Below are positions 44,100 to 55,250 of a stretch of 64,000 bases of DNA, piece after piece (the stretch's first letter is position 1; every line of letters starts with the position of its first letter). The DNA is from an uncultured Bacilli bacterium (GTDB taxonomy: Bacteria > Bacillota_I > Bacilli_A > RF39 > UBA660): NCBI GenBank assembly GCA_944332675.1, contig CALVKJ010000002.1, positions 18-64,017 on the forward strand, given 5' to 3'. The translations under genes and the position numbers were made by a program. The notes below the pieces were generated by a model. The model did no database searches, had not been told where the DNA came from, and saw only the letters and a program-made list of their open reading frames with translations.

Positions 44100-46712
44100 A
44101 TGAAGTCCAAAGTGGTTATAAATAATTTTAAAGAAAAGGTAAAAAATCATATCACAAAGTTTGAAAGTATGAAAAATAAGAAAAATATAGTGTTTATGGC
44201 AATCGGAGCAATAACGCTAATTGCAGTAACACTCGGAGCAACATATGCTTATTTCACAGCCCAAAGCGGTGGTGGAGCAAATATTGATACAAATGTTATA
44301 ACAGGAACAACTGATAATTTATCATTTTCTTTTGGTAGTGAGATAAATATTCAAGCAAATGAAGAAAATTTTGCTCAAGGTATGGGAAACTTATCCGATA
44401 GTACAACAGCCCAAGCCATATTAAGAGCCAATAATACTTCAAATAAAGCAACAGCTAATTATAATATTTATTTAATAATTGAATCTAATAATTTTGAATA
44501 TACAACAGAAAATCAAACTCCAGAAATACTTTTAAATGTAACGGATCCGAATGGTAACCCTGTAGAAAATATTACTGGGTTAGTCAATTATGAAGATGGC
44601 TTTGATATAACAACAAGAACTGGAGGATATCTTCTAGTACCCGATTATGAAATAAGTGCAACAAATGTCCAAACAATCCAAGATTGGAATATCGAAGTAA
44701 CATTTGTCAATTTAAATAGTGATCAAAATGCCAATACCAATAAAACATTGACAGGTAAATTATATTTAACCCAAGAACAAATGAGTAGTTATGAGCTAAC
44801 CCAAATAAGTAACATCGATGCAACAACTACTTACAATAGTATCGATGCAACATTAGATATAACCAATGGAAGTGCAGCAGTAAGTAAATATTATTATGGG
44901 ATAGAAAAAACAAGTGAAGCAATAGCATACAATAATACTAATTCTTTAAAAAAGCTGAGTAATACTTTAGCATCAGCAGAAGATGTAGAATATGTTGAAA
45001 GTGATACACCAAATTATGAATTTACTAATCTAGAAGCCAATACAGAATACACTATATATAGTTATGTAGAAGATGAAAATAAGATAAAATCAAATGTGTA
45101 TTCAACAAATATAACAACAAGTGAATATGAAATACCAAAAATAGATAGTGTAAGTCATAGCGTAACATTAAATAGTATAACGGTTAATGTAACAGCAAGT
45201 AATGGAAGTAATGAAATAGTAAAATATATGTATAGTAAAGATAATGGAGCGAGTTGGGAGGAAAACACATCAAATACTTACACATTTGATGGATTAACAG
45301 ATTCAACTGAATATAAGATAAAAGTAAAAGTAGTTGATAGTGAAGGTAATGAGTCCACTGAGTATTATGAAGCAATAACAACTGAAATATATATCTTACC
45401 AGTAGTAGCAAGTGTGGATGCTACAACAACTTGGAACTCAATTACTTTAACACCAAGTGGAACTAATGGAACAAATACAATAGATCATTATGAATACTCA
45501 ATAGATAATGGAGTATATCAAACAAGTAATGTATTTAATAATCTAACAGATAATAAAGAATATACAATAAGAGTAAAAGCAATAGATAGCGCGGGAAGAG
45601 AATTCAATGTATATGAAACAACAGTAACAACAGATACATACGATTTACCAGTGATAAATAATGTAACAGTCGATAGTACATCAAATAGTATAACGATAAA
45701 TGTTAATGCCACTGGTGGAGATGGAAGTATAGTAAGTTATCATTATTCCAGAGATGATGGAAGTAACTATCAATCAAGTAACAATAACAGTTACACATTT
45801 GATAATTTAACAAGTGGTACAACATTTTATATAAAAGTATATGTAACAGATAGTAATGGAAGAGTATCAAGTGAATATAGCACGAGTGTTGCAACTAAAA
45901 CAACATTGACTAATTATATAGTAAATACAGTATATACTGGGGTAGATGGTGATAACGGACTTTATTATCACGATGGAATAGGAAGCTATACTAATGCTAA
46001 CCAAGAAGCGGGAGATAATAGTTATCGCTATGCTGGAGCTAACCCAAATAACTATGTGTGTTTTGGAGCAACTGGTGCATATTGCCAAAATGAAGATAAC
46101 CAATATAGAATAATCGGCGTATTTAATGACCAAGTGAAATTAATCAAAGCAACGAGTATTGGAAATTATGTTTGGGATGCAGATAGTGTTAATATCTGGG
46201 ATGCAAGTACAAAGCCTGATATATATGCAACATTAAATACAACATACTATAATACATTAGGAAATGAATGGCAAAATCTAATAGCAGAATCAGCTTGGCA
46301 AGTCGGAGGAATGGAACCATATTATGATTATAGTGTACAACAATATTATGATGTAGAAGTAGGAACGGGACAAAGTGGTTATGAAGAAACAATGAAAATA
46401 GGACTAATATATGTATCAGATTATGGATATGGCGCTAGTCCGGAAAATTGGGCAACAGCATTATGGAATTATGATAGTGCGACAAATTCAAATTGGATGT
46501 TTTTAGGATTAAGTGAGTGGACAATATCACGTTTATCTGCGCTGAAAGAACAAGCTTTTAAAATTAATGGTACTGGTTTTGTATTTAGCGACGAAGCTTT
46601 TGATTATGTTTCAAGTGGTGATAATATACGTCCCGTCTTATATCTCAATCCTAATGTCTATGTTCTCGATGGCGATGGTTCAATCTCAGATCCCTACATC
46701 ATAGGAATGTGA
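44100..46712 (+). CDS. secreted surface protein with SipW-type (TasA/camelysin-like) signal, five FN3-like repeats and a C-terminal globular domain
   Basis: The ATG at 44100 has a GGAGG RBS; the track start 43980 overlaps the regulator gene. Signal ..AVTLGATYAYFTAQS. Five ~95-aa repeats, four ending ..TEYxIxVxxxDxxG..S; ..YRIIGVF..VKLIKA.. lies in the C-terminal domain. Confidence 0.75.
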   Translation: MKSKVVINNFKEKVKNHITKFESMKNKKNIVFMAIGAITLIAVTLGATYAYFTAQSGGGANIDTNVITGTTDNLSFSFGSEINIQANEENFAQGMGNLSDSTTAQAILRANNTSNKATANYNIYLIIESNNFEYTTENQTPEILLNVTDPNGNPVENITGLVNYEDGFDITTRTGGYLLVPDYEISATNVQTIQDWNIEVTFVNLNSDQNANTNKTLTGKLYLTQEQMSSYELTQISNIDATTTYNSIDATLDITNGSAAVSKYYYGIEKTSEAIAYNNTNSLKKLSNTLASAEDVEYVESDTPNYEFTNLEANTEYTIYSYVEDENKIKSNVYSTNITTSEYEIPKIDSVSHSVTLNSITVNVTASNGSNEIVKYMYSKDNGASWEENTSNTYTFDGLTDSTEYKIKVKVVDSEGNESTEYYEAITTEIYILPVVASVDATTTWNSITLTPSGTNGTNTIDHYEYSIDNGVYQTSNVFNNLTDNKEYTIRVKAIDSAGREFNVYETTVTTDTYDLPVINNVTVDSTSNSITINVNATGGDGSIVSYHYSRDDGSNYQSSNNNSYTFDNLTSGTTFYIKVYVTDSNGRVSSEYSTSVATKTTLTNYIVNTVYTGVDGDNGLYYHDGIGSYTNANQEAGDNSYRYAGANPNNYVCFGATGAYCQNEDNQYRIIGVFNDQVKLIKATSIGNYVWDADSVNIWDASTKPDIYATLNTTYYNTLGNEWQNLIAESAWQVGGMEPYYDYSVQQYYDVEVGTGQSGYEETMKIGLIYVSDYGYGASPENWATALWNYDSATNSNWMFLGLSEWTISRLSALKEQAFKINGTGFVFSDEAFDYVSSGDNIRPVLYLNPNVYVLDGDGSISDPYIIGM

Positions 46713-46766
46713 AAATCATTCCTTTTTTTATTTTTCTATGATAAAATAAGGGTGGAGTTGAAAATT

Positions 46767-48185
46767 ATGAAAGTTAGAACACGTTATGCACCTAGTCCAA
46801 CTGGGTATATGCATATTGGAAATTTAAGAACAGCAATATTTGAATATTTGCTAGCTAAAAAATATGATGGATTGTTTATTCTTCGCATTGAAGATACTGA
46901 CCAACAACGTGAAGTCGAGGGTGCAATTGACTTTATATATAAAACTTTAGAATTGTGTGGCTTTGTTATTGATGAAGGACCAAATAATGATAAAGGATAT
47001 GGTCCTTATATTCAAAGTGAACGTAAAGCTATTTACAAAAAGTATGCCGAAGAATTGGTAGAAAAGGGTAAAGCTTACTATTGTTTTTGTAGTGAAGAAG
47101 AACTAAATGCTATGCGCGAAAGAGCAAATCAGCGCCACAAACCATTCCTTTACGATGGACGATGTTCGCGTCTTAGTAAAGAAAAAATCGCAGAAAATTT
47201 AGCTAATGGAGTTCCTTATGTTATCAGACAAAAAATGCCTAAAACTGGTGTTACAGTTGTTGATGATATTATCTATGGTAAAATAAAAATTGACAATAGT
47301 ATTCTTGATGACCAAATTCTTCTTAAAAGTGATGGTTTTCCAACTTATAATTTTGCTAATGTAATTGATGATCATTTAATGGAAATAACCCATGTAATCC
47401 GTGGTAAAGAATATTTAGATCAAACTGCTAAGTACAATTTGTTATATGAAGCATTTGGCTGGGAAAAGCCAATCTATGCCCATGTTGCTATGGTTCTAGG
47501 TGAAGATGGTAATAAGTTATCTAAACGTAATGGTGATGCCTCATTTATGGATCTATATAATGAAGGTTACTTACCAGCAGCTATTGTCAACTACTTAAGC
47601 TTACTTGGCTGGAGTCCAACTACTAACCAAGAAGTATTCACAATGGATGAACTAATTAAAAATTTTGATGAAACAAGAATTAGTAAATCCTCAAGTCAAT
47701 ATGATGTAAAGAAATTAAAGTGGTTTAATGCTCAATATATAAAGAAAATGAGTGATGAAGAATACTTGAATTGGATAAAAAAATTCTTTACTCAAGATGT
47801 ATCTGATAAGAGCGAAGACTGGATTGATAAACTTTTATTAATCTATAAAGATCATTTAAATTATGGTAATGAAATAAATGAACTTACCCAAAATTTCTTT
47901 ATTGATTCCATTTCTTTAGATCAAGAAGCTGAAGAATTCTTAAATAGTGATCCTATAACTAAAGATGTAACTGATTGCTTTGCTAGTGAAGTAGAAAAAA
48001 TAAATGATTGGAATACTGATAATATTAATGCCGCAATAAATAATGTTAAGACTACTCTTGGAGTGAAAGGTAAATTACTTTATATGCCAATCCGTATTAA
48101 AGCCAGTGGTTTTATGCACGGCCCAGAGCTTGCAGATACTATCTATTTAATTGGTAAAGATACAGTATTAGAAAGATTAAAATGA
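46767..48185 (+). CDS. gltX: glutamate--tRNA ligase
   Basis: RYAPSPTGYMHIGN (HIGH) and KLSKR (KMSKS) motifs. The ATG at 46767 follows a GGTGGAG RBS. Confidence 0.95.
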   Translation: MKVRTRYAPSPTGYMHIGNLRTAIFEYLLAKKYDGLFILRIEDTDQQREVEGAIDFIYKTLELCGFVIDEGPNNDKGYGPYIQSERKAIYKKYAEELVEKGKAYYCFCSEEELNAMRERANQRHKPFLYDGRCSRLSKEKIAENLANGVPYVIRQKMPKTGVTVVDDIIYGKIKIDNSILDDQILLKSDGFPTYNFANVIDDHLMEITHVIRGKEYLDQTAKYNLLYEAFGWEKPIYAHVAMVLGEDGNKLSKRNGDASFMDLYNEGYLPAAIVNYLSLLGWSPTTNQEVFTMDELIKNFDETRISKSSSQYDVKKLKWFNAQYIKKMSDEEYLNWIKKFFTQDVSDKSEDWIDKLLLIYKDHLNYGNEINELTQNFFIDSISLDQEAEEFLNSDPITKDVTDCFASEVEKINDWNTDNINAAINNVKTTLGVKGKLLYMPIRIKASGFMHGPELADTIYLIGKDTVLERLK

Positions 48186-48562
48186 AGAAATTTATATGGA
48201 TAATAGGGTGGGTTGTGGTATTAGGATTACTAGGATTTGGTATATATAAGTTTTTCATAGATTGTGAAAAAGTCAATACATATTTTGATCGATATTTTAC
48301 TTTAGATGAAATGGATTATGCTGTAGTAGAAGATGCTGTAACAGTAAAGTTATTAGATATTAAAGATGATGAAAATGAAGGACAATATATAGTTAAATTA
48401 TTAGTGTTAAACGATGCTAAAATAGCATACGTTGAATTAGGGAGTATAGATCCATTGTCGGTAGAAATAGATAAATTAAACTTAGAATATACAATTAATT
48501 TAATTAGAGTAGATGACGATGGAGCAACACTTACTATTCACCCAACTACAGATGAGGAGTAA
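48182..48562 (+). CDS. N-terminally anchored hypothetical protein
   Basis: ATGA overlap with gltX. Single TM (FIWIIGWVVVLGLLGFGIY). Confidence 0.5.
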   Translation: MKKFIWIIGWVVVLGLLGFGIYKFFIDCEKVNTYFDRYFTLDEMDYAVVEDAVTVKLLDIKDDENEGQYIVKLLVLNDAKIAYVELGSIDPLSVEIDKLNLEYTINLIRVDDDGATLTIHPTTDEE

Positions 48563-48566
48563 AATT

Positions 48567-49955
48567 ATGAAAATTTATAATACTTTAACAAGGAAAGTTG
48601 AAGAGTTTGTTCCTTGGAATGGCAATGATGTGGGCTTTTATACTTGTGGACCAACTGTATATCACTATGCTCACATAGGTAACATGCGCAATTATATCGG
48701 CCATGACATACTTGATAAAACTCTAAGATATTTAGGATATAATGTAAAAAGAGTAATGAATATCACTGATGTGGGACATTTGACAAGTGATTCTGACTCT
48801 GGTGATGATAAAATGGTTGCTAGTGCGAAAAAAGAAAATAAAACAGTTATGGATATAGCTAGATTTTATACTGATGCTTTTTTCCAAGATTTTGAAGCTT
48901 TAAATAATCGAATACCTGATATTGTTAGTCCTGCCACAGCTAACATCGATGAATATATTAAAATAATTACTAAATTACTCGATACTGGATATGCTTATGA
49001 ATCTGGTGGTAATATCTATTTTGACACAACAAAACTTGATGATTACTACAAGCTTACTAACCACAAAGCTGATGAAATGGTTGTAGGGGTTCGCGAAGGT
49101 GTCGAAGAAGATGCATCCAAGAAAAATCAAAATGACTTTGTTTTATGGTTTACTAAATCGAAGTTTGAATCGCAAGAATTAAAGTGGGATAGTCCTTGGG
49201 GGCTAGGTTATCCGGGCTGGCATATTGAATGTACTGGTATAAGCATCAAATACCTAGGTGAATACTTAGATATCCATGGTGGTGGAGTAGATAACATATT
49301 TCCTCATCATACTAATGAAATTGCTCAAAGTGAATCCTACTTGGGCCATAAATGGTGCAACTATTGGTTTCATAATGAACACTTAAATGATGAAACTGGT
49401 AAGATGAGTAAAAGTAGTGGAGCAATTTTAACGGTAAGTGTCCTAAAAGAAAAGGGGTATAATCCGCTAGCTTTTAGATATATGTGCTTACTTAGTCATT
49501 ATCGCCGCCAACTAGTGTTTTCTTATGCATCCCTAGATGGTGCAGAAAATGCTTATAAAAAATTATTAAGTAGAACTTATGCTTTAAAGTTTGGTGAAAA
49601 TGTTAATAATGAACTTTTCGAAGAATGGAACGATAAATTTAAGTCTTGCTTAGAAGATGATTTAAATACAGCTAATGCTATTACAGTTTTATATGACTTA
49701 CTTAAAAGTGATGTTGATAATGATACTAAATACCACTTAGTTAGCTCTTGGGATGAAGTATTAAGCCTAGATTTGCTTAAAAAAGATCAACCAAAAATAG
49801 AAAATGAAGAATATATTTTAAATAAGATCAAAGAAAGAGATGAAGCTAAGAAAAATAAAGATTATCAAACTGCTGATGCTATTCGTGAAGAACTATTAAA
49901 TAAAGGAATTGTTTTAAAAGACACAAGGGAAGGAACAATCTACGAACTTAAATAA
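48567..49955 (+). CDS. cysS: cysteine--tRNA ligase
   Basis: [13 protein letters not shown] and KMSKS motifs. The ATG at 48567 follows a GAGGAG RBS. Confidence 0.95.
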   Translation: MKIYNTLTRKVEEFVPWNGNDVGFYTCGPTVYHYAHIGNMRNYIGHDILDKTLRYLGYNVKRVMNITDVGHLTSDSDSGDDKMVASAKKENKTVMDIARFYTDAFFQDFEALNNRIPDIVSPATANIDEYIKIITKLLDTGYAYESGGNIYFDTTKLDDYYKLTNHKADEMVVGVREGVEEDASKKNQNDFVLWFTKSKFESQELKWDSPWGLGYPGWHIECTGISIKYLGEYLDIHGGGVDNIFPHHTNEIAQSESYLGHKWCNYWFHNEHLNDETGKMSKSSGAILTVSVLKEKGYNPLAFRYMCLLSHYRRQLVFSYASLDGAENAYKKLLSRTYALKFGENVNNELFEEWNDKFKSCLEDDLNTANAITVLYDLLKSDVDNDTKYHLVSSWDEVLSLDLLKKDQPKIENEEYILNKIKERDEAKKNKDYQTADAIREELLNKGIVLKDTREGTIYELK

Positions 49956-51136
49956 TGAAGAAGTTATCTAAAATATTTATAATACTATTTATTGTTTTTG
50001 CCCCAACCATTGTCTTTGCAGCTTCATTTGATATCACTGGTAAAAATGTTATTCTTTATAATTTAAATGATGATACCGTTTTATATGAACAAAATAGTAA
50101 TGAAAAAACAAGTATTGCTAGTTTAACCAAAATAATGACAACTTTAGTAGCTTTAGAAAATATTTCTGATTTAGATGAAACTGTTGTTATTACTGCCGAA
50201 GATTTTTCTGGTACCGATGGCTATTCTAAAGCAGGATTTAGTATTGGTGATGAAGTAACATATTTAGATTTACTTTATGGTATAATTCTTCCTAGTGGTG
50301 CGGAAGCTGTTAATGCTGTAGTTAATAATACTTTGGGGTATGATGATTTTGTGACCGAAATGAATAATCTAGCCCAAGAAATAGGTTTAAAAAACACTTC
50401 ATTTTCCAATCCAATTGGTAAAGATAATGTAAATAACTATTCGACTGCTAGTGATATTGCAACCATTTTAAAATTTGCTTTAAATAACGAAACGTTTAAA
50501 AAAATATTTACTACCAAAGTGTATACAACATCTAATGGCATCGATCTAGAATGTACTTTATATCCCTATAAAGACATTTTAGAAATCGACAAAATAACAG
50601 GTTCTAAAAGTGGTTTTACAAAAGAAGCTGGAAGATGTTTAGCATCAATTACAACATTAAATGGGGTAGATTATTTACTAGTAGTTATCAATTCTACTAC
50701 TGCTCAAAATTATAGTGCAGTATTAGATACTATAACCATATATGATTATTATAGCGATAATTATAGTTATCAAACAGTTCTTACCCCTAAGGATGTTTTA
50801 GCTACCGTTCCTGTAAAGTGGAGTAACCAAAAAACTTATAATATAACTATTGATGATACAGTTAAATTATATTTAGAAAATGATGCAATTGATAATTTAG
50901 AAATCGACTATGATGGAGTTAATGAAATAGCAGAGTTTACTAAAAAAGGTACTAAACTAGGGACAGTTACTATATCTGATGGTAATGAAATATTATATAC
51001 TGCTGATATAACTTTAGATGCTGATATATCTTATTATAATCCCATAATATTTGCTGTTGGAATACTTTTAGTCTTATTAATTATTATTATTTTTCTAAAA
51101 AGAAAGAAAAGAAAACGTCGTCGCAAGAGAAGATAG
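49955..51136 (+). CDS. D-alanyl-D-alanine carboxypeptidase (S11, PBP5-like) with C-terminal anchor
   Basis: Signal peptide, SIASLTKIM (SxxK), KSGFT (KTG-like), and a C-terminal TM plus KRKKRKRRRKRR. Confidence 0.85.
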   Translation: MKKLSKIFIILFIVFAPTIVFAASFDITGKNVILYNLNDDTVLYEQNSNEKTSIASLTKIMTTLVALENISDLDETVVITAEDFSGTDGYSKAGFSIGDEVTYLDLLYGIILPSGAEAVNAVVNNTLGYDDFVTEMNNLAQEIGLKNTSFSNPIGKDNVNNYSTASDIATILKFALNNETFKKIFTTKVYTTSNGIDLECTLYPYKDILEIDKITGSKSGFTKEAGRCLASITTLNGVDYLLVVINSTTAQNYSAVLDTITIYDYYSDNYSYQTVLTPKDVLATVPVKWSNQKTYNITIDDTVKLYLENDAIDNLEIDYDGVNEIAEFTKKGTKLGTVTISDGNEILYTADITLDADISYYNPIIFAVGILLVLLIIIIFLKRKKRKRRRKRR

Positions 51137-51203
51137 TGTAAAGTTATTTACAAATAATATCTTTTCTTTTTTTCTTAGTGTATAATATATGAAAGGAGAA
51201 ATT

Positions 51204-51905
51204 ATGACAAAATTAAATCATTTAGGAATAATTGTTGATGGTAATGGTCGCTGGGCAAAAGAGCGAGGATTATCTCGCAGTGAAGGACATAAAGCTGGTG
51301 CGGAGGCACTTAAGAATATAATTCTTTATTTATCTCGTGAAAAATTAGTAAAGTTTTTAAGCCTTTATGTTTTTTCCACTGAAAACTTTGGTAGACCAGC
51401 TGAGGAAGTAAATTATTTAATGGATTTATTTTTAAAATGGTTTACTACAGTAAAAAAAGAATATCGTAAGGAAAATATCAAAATATATTTTTCTGGTCGT
51501 AAAGAATATTTAAAACCTAACATTGTTAAAGCAATGGATACTTTAGAGGAAGAAACTAAAAACAATACTGGCTTAGTAGTAAACTTTTGTCTAGGTTATG
51601 GTGGTCGTGCTGAAATAGTTGATGCTACTAAAAAAATTGTTAAGAAAGTTCAAAATAACGAAATAACTATCGATGATATTGATGAAAAATTATTTGCTAA
51701 AAACTTATATCACGAACTACCTGATGTTGACTTTCTGATTCGCACTAGTGGAGAAAATAGGATTAGTAACTTTATGCTATGGCAAATTTCTTATGCAGAA
51801 TTTTATATTCCTAAAGTTTATTTCCCTGACTTTGATATTAAAGAGTTAGATAAAGCTCTATTAGAATATGAAAATAGAGATCGTCGTTTTGGCAAGGTAA
51901 AATAA
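51204..51905 (+). CDS. uppS: isoprenyl transferase (undecaprenyl diphosphate synthase)
   Basis: HLGIIVDGNGRWA, FSTENFGRP and RTSGENRISNFMLWQ motifs. AAAGGAG RBS before the ATG at 51204. Confidence 0.92.
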   Translation: MTKLNHLGIIVDGNGRWAKERGLSRSEGHKAGAEALKNIILYLSREKLVKFLSLYVFSTENFGRPAEEVNYLMDLFLKWFTTVKKEYRKENIKIYFSGRKEYLKPNIVKAMDTLEEETKNNTGLVVNFCLGYGGRAEIVDATKKIVKKVQNNEITIDDIDEKLFAKNLYHELPDVDFLIRTSGENRISNFMLWQISYAEFYIPKVYFPDFDIKELDKALLEYENRDRRFGKVK

Positions 51906-51906
51906 T

Positions 51907-52332
51907 ATGGATTTATATAGTAAAATATTAAATATAAATAACAAAAACATTGAATATGCTATTATCTCTGCTATTGAAGAAGTAAAAAAAGAGTTATCTG
52001 GTCTGGATTATGAAAGAATGTGTCTTGTATATAATAGTTATTTATATGAAGCTTTACTAAAAAGGCACGTTCTAGTTCATATGGTTGATACTAAAGATTT
52101 AGGTTTATCTTATAATCATCGTTTTTTAATTGCTTTTGATGGCACCAATTATTATTTGTGTGATTTAACGTATTCGCAGTTTTTAAATGATGATTTTCCA
52201 AGCCTGCAAAAAAGCGGTTATCAAAAATGTGATGATGATTTAATAAAGACTTACCTAAAAACTATAGATGATCAAGAAATAAATATAGGTATGAATGAAG
52301 TATTTACAAGTAATAATAATTATAGGAAGTGA
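51907..52332 (+). CDS. hypothetical protein
   Basis: 141-aa ORF tightly packed between uppS and ldh. Confidence 0.5.
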   Translation: MDLYSKILNINNKNIEYAIISAIEEVKKELSGLDYERMCLVYNSYLYEALLKRHVLVHMVDTKDLGLSYNHRFLIAFDGTNYYLCDLTYSQFLNDDFPSLQKSGYQKCDDDLIKTYLKTIDDQEINIGMNEVFTSNNNYRK

Positions 52333-52335
52333 AAT

Positions 52336-53229
52336 ATGAATAAAATAGTTATAATTGGTTGTGGTAATGTTGGTATGAGTTATGCCTATGCCTTAGTTAA
52401 TCAAAAATGTAATGTTGATGAACTTGTTTTAGTGGATATTAACGAAGATAAAGCTATCGGTGAAGCAGCTGATTTAAATCATAGTATTCCATATTCTCCA
52501 AATAACTTAACTATTAAAGCGGGAGATTATTCTGATTGTAAAGATGCATCTATTGTTATGATTGCAGCTGGAGCTAATCAAGATGTTGGTGAAACAAGAC
52601 TAGATTTAATTCACAAAAATACTAAAATATTTAAAAGCATAATTGATAATGTCTTGGCATCAGGATTTAATAACATATTTTTAATTGCTACTAATCCTGT
52701 TGATGCTATGAGTTATATTACTTATAAAAATTCTAATTTGCCAGCATCTAAAATAATTGGTACGGGAACAAGTCTTGATACTGCTAGACTCCGTTATATT
52801 TTATCAAGACGATTTGAAATAATGCCCCAAAATGTTCATGCCTATGTTTTAGGAGAGCACGGCGACTCAGAATTTGTTGCTTGGAGTAGTGCAATGATTG
52901 GTTCAGTGAAAATTGATTCCTTATTAAGTAAAAAGGAAAAAGAAGAAATTAGTGATAGTGTGCGTAATTCTGCTTATGAAATAATTAAGAAAAAAGGTAA
53001 TACTTCTTATGGTATTGGAATGTGCTTAGTACGTATTACAAATGCTATATTAAATGATGAAAATGCTATCATTACTGTATCGGCTTTTGACAAAGATGTC
53101 TATATAAGTAGTCCTTGCATTATCAACAAAAAAGGCATTAAAAGAAGATTGAAAATTGAACTAACGGATCAAGAACAAGAATTATATAACAAATCTAAAG
53201 AAGTAATTAGAAATTCTTTAAATCGTTAA
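52336..53229 (+). CDS. ldh: L-lactate dehydrogenase
   Basis: IIGCGNVGMSYAY, GETRLDL, ATNPVD, GTGTSLDTAR and GEHGDSE motifs. Confidence 0.85.
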   Translation: MNKIVIIGCGNVGMSYAYALVNQKCNVDELVLVDINEDKAIGEAADLNHSIPYSPNNLTIKAGDYSDCKDASIVMIAAGANQDVGETRLDLIHKNTKIFKSIIDNVLASGFNNIFLIATNPVDAMSYITYKNSNLPASKIIGTGTSLDTARLRYILSRRFEIMPQNVHAYVLGEHGDSEFVAWSSAMIGSVKIDSLLSKKEKEEISDSVRNSAYEIIKKKGNTSYGIGMCLVRITNAILNDENAIITVSAFDKDVYISSPCIINKKGIKRRLKIELTDQEQELYNKSKEVIRNSLNR

Positions 53230-53235
53230 CTAATG

Positions 53236-53269
53236 ACTATTGACGTAAATAAACGTGTCAATAGTTTTT
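53236..53269 (+). terminator. terminator after ldh
   Basis: ACTATTGACG..CGTGTCAATAGT hairpin (2-nt bulge) followed by TTTTT. Confidence 0.5.
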
Positions 53270-53299
53270 ATTTTATGCTAAAATATAAATGGAGGATAT

Positions 53300-54352
53300 A
53301 TGAAAGTAAGTATAATTGTACCAGTATATAATAGTGAATCTTATTTAAGAGATTGCTTGGATTCTTTAGTTAACCAAACACTAAAAGAAATAGAAATAAT
53401 TGCAATTGATGATGCATCAACTGATAAAAGCCTCGAAATTTTACTAGAGTATGCGAAAAAATATTCTGGTAAAATTAAAGTATTTGCAAATGAACAAAAC
53501 AAAGGTCAAGGAGCATCGAGAAATATTGGCTTATCTATTGCAAACGGTGAATATGTAGGTTTCTTAGATAGTGATGATTATGTTGCCCCCACAATGTATG
53601 AAGAATTATATGAAACCGCCAAAGAAAAAAGAGCAGATATAGTATCTACGAGATTAACATTTGTTAAAGATAGCAGCTATTTAGGTAAAAAATTTGAAAC
53701 CTATGGTAAAGGAGAAAGTTATAGCCCAATTGAAAAACCCGAATTAGTATTAGATGAATCTCCTTCGGTATGTAATAAAATATTTAAGAAAGATTCTATT
53801 AGCAATAATTTCTTAGAAAATTGTATGTGGGAAGATGTAGCCTTTACTTATGCCAGTTTATTTAATGCTAATAGAATTGTTCATCTTAATAATATGGGGT
53901 ATTATTATCGTAAAAGTGCTACCTCCGGAGTATCGGCGAAAGGTTTCAAATATAATCCAAGTTTATTAGACACTTTCAAAGTTGCTGATAGATTAGAAAA
54001 TGATACATTAAAAACTGGACGTTTTGAAAAGTTAAAAGAAAGTATTAGATATATGCAGATAGTAACAACTCTCCAAAGAGTAGCAGAAGTACTTAATTGG
54101 GACGAACCAGAGGATCGGAAAGAAGCATTAATATATGCTATGCATAGGTTAATAACTTGGAAATATGGTGACTGGCGAAACATGGATTTAGCTTCACTTT
54201 CTATGCGGGTAGGAATTCTTGAATTAGATAAAATAAGAAGTATTGTAGAAAAATATGAAGCAAAATTGGCTGAAATGAGAAAAACAGAACCTAACTTAGA
54301 GATGCCGTTCTTACTTTCTGATGAACCAAATAATTTTCCACCCAAAAGATAA
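53300..54352 (+). CDS. family 2 glycosyltransferase
   Basis: VSIIVPVYNSESYLRDCLDSLVNQT..IIAIDDASTDKS and the FLDSDD (DxD) motif. Confidence 0.85.
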   Translation: MKVSIIVPVYNSESYLRDCLDSLVNQTLKEIEIIAIDDASTDKSLEILLEYAKKYSGKIKVFANEQNKGQGASRNIGLSIANGEYVGFLDSDDYVAPTMYEELYETAKEKRADIVSTRLTFVKDSSYLGKKFETYGKGESYSPIEKPELVLDESPSVCNKIFKKDSISNNFLENCMWEDVAFTYASLFNANRIVHLNNMGYYYRKSATSGVSAKGFKYNPSLLDTFKVADRLENDTLKTGRFEKLKESIRYMQIVTTLQRVAEVLNWDEPEDRKEALIYAMHRLITWKYGDWRNMDLASLSMRVGILELDKIRSIVEKYEAKLAEMRKTEPNLEMPFLLSDEPNNFPPKR

Positions 54353-54405
54353 AACACTTGACTTGGAGCAAGGTCCATCTGCTATTATAAAATTATGGTG
54401 ATGAA

Positions 54406-54753
54406 ATGAAGATAAGTGAAGTAAGTAAAAAGTACAATTTACCAGCGGATACCCTTAGGTATTATGAAAAATTAGGATTAATTAATAATGTTTCTAAAGA
54501 ATCTGGGGTAAGAAATTATAGCGAGGAAGATTGCTCACGGATAGAATTTATCATTTGTATGAAACATGCCGGTCTTAGTTTAGAAGATATCAAAAGATTT
54601 ATCGATTTAAATAAATTAGGAGATAAAACTATTCCTGAAAGACTAGAAATATTAGAACACCAGAAAGTAATATTAGAAGCAGAAATAAAAAAGAAAGAAG
54701 AAACATTAGATTATTTAAATTATAAAATAAATTTATATAAAGGAAAGAGATGA
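54406..54753 (+). CDS. MerR-family transcriptional regulator
   Basis: MKISEVSKKYNLPADTLRYYEKLGLI HTH and a C-terminal coiled coil. Confidence 0.85.
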   Translation: MKISEVSKKYNLPADTLRYYEKLGLINNVSKESGVRNYSEEDCSRIEFIICMKHAGLSLEDIKRFIDLNKLGDKTIPERLEILEHQKVILEAEIKKKEETLDYLNYKINLYKGKR

Positions 54754-54757
54754 AAAT

Positions 54758-55246
54758 ATGCAATTAGTAGTTTACTTTAGTTATACAGGGCATACTAAAT
54801 TAATAGCTGAAAAAATAAAAGACAAGTTAAACTGCGATATCCTAGAGTTAAAAAGAGTAGAACCATACTCTAGTGATTACAATGAAGTAGTAAATGATGA
54901 ACAAAATGGGGAAAACAGTAATATTATTTCCGAAATAGAAGATATTAATATTGATTTAAGTAAATATGATGAAATCATTTTAGGTACTCCCGTATGGTGG
55001 TATCGTCCTGCCCCAGTTGTAAGAGCATTCCTGAAAAAATATGATTTATCGGGTAAAACAATTATTCCATTTGCTACAAATGCTGGATGGTTAGGTAGAA
55101 CTTTCGCTGAAATAAAAAGTCTATGTCTTAGTTCTACAGTAACAGACGAAATGGATATTGTCTTTACTACTGATTATGCGGAAAATAAAACGGTTACCAA
55201 AACATCAGAGATTGATGCTTGGATAGATAATTTAAGAAAGGACTAA
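54758..55246 (+). CDS. flavodoxin-like protein
   Basis: VVYFSYTGHTKLIAEKI FMN-phosphate loop and PVWWYRPAP. Confidence 0.75.
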   Translation: MQLVVYFSYTGHTKLIAEKIKDKLNCDILELKRVEPYSSDYNEVVNDEQNGENSNIISEIEDINIDLSKYDEIILGTPVWWYRPAPVVRAFLKKYDLSGKTIIPFATNAGWLGRTFAEIKSLCLSSTVTDEMDIVFTTDYAENKTVTKTSEIDAWIDNLRKD

Positions 55247-55250
55247 TAAA

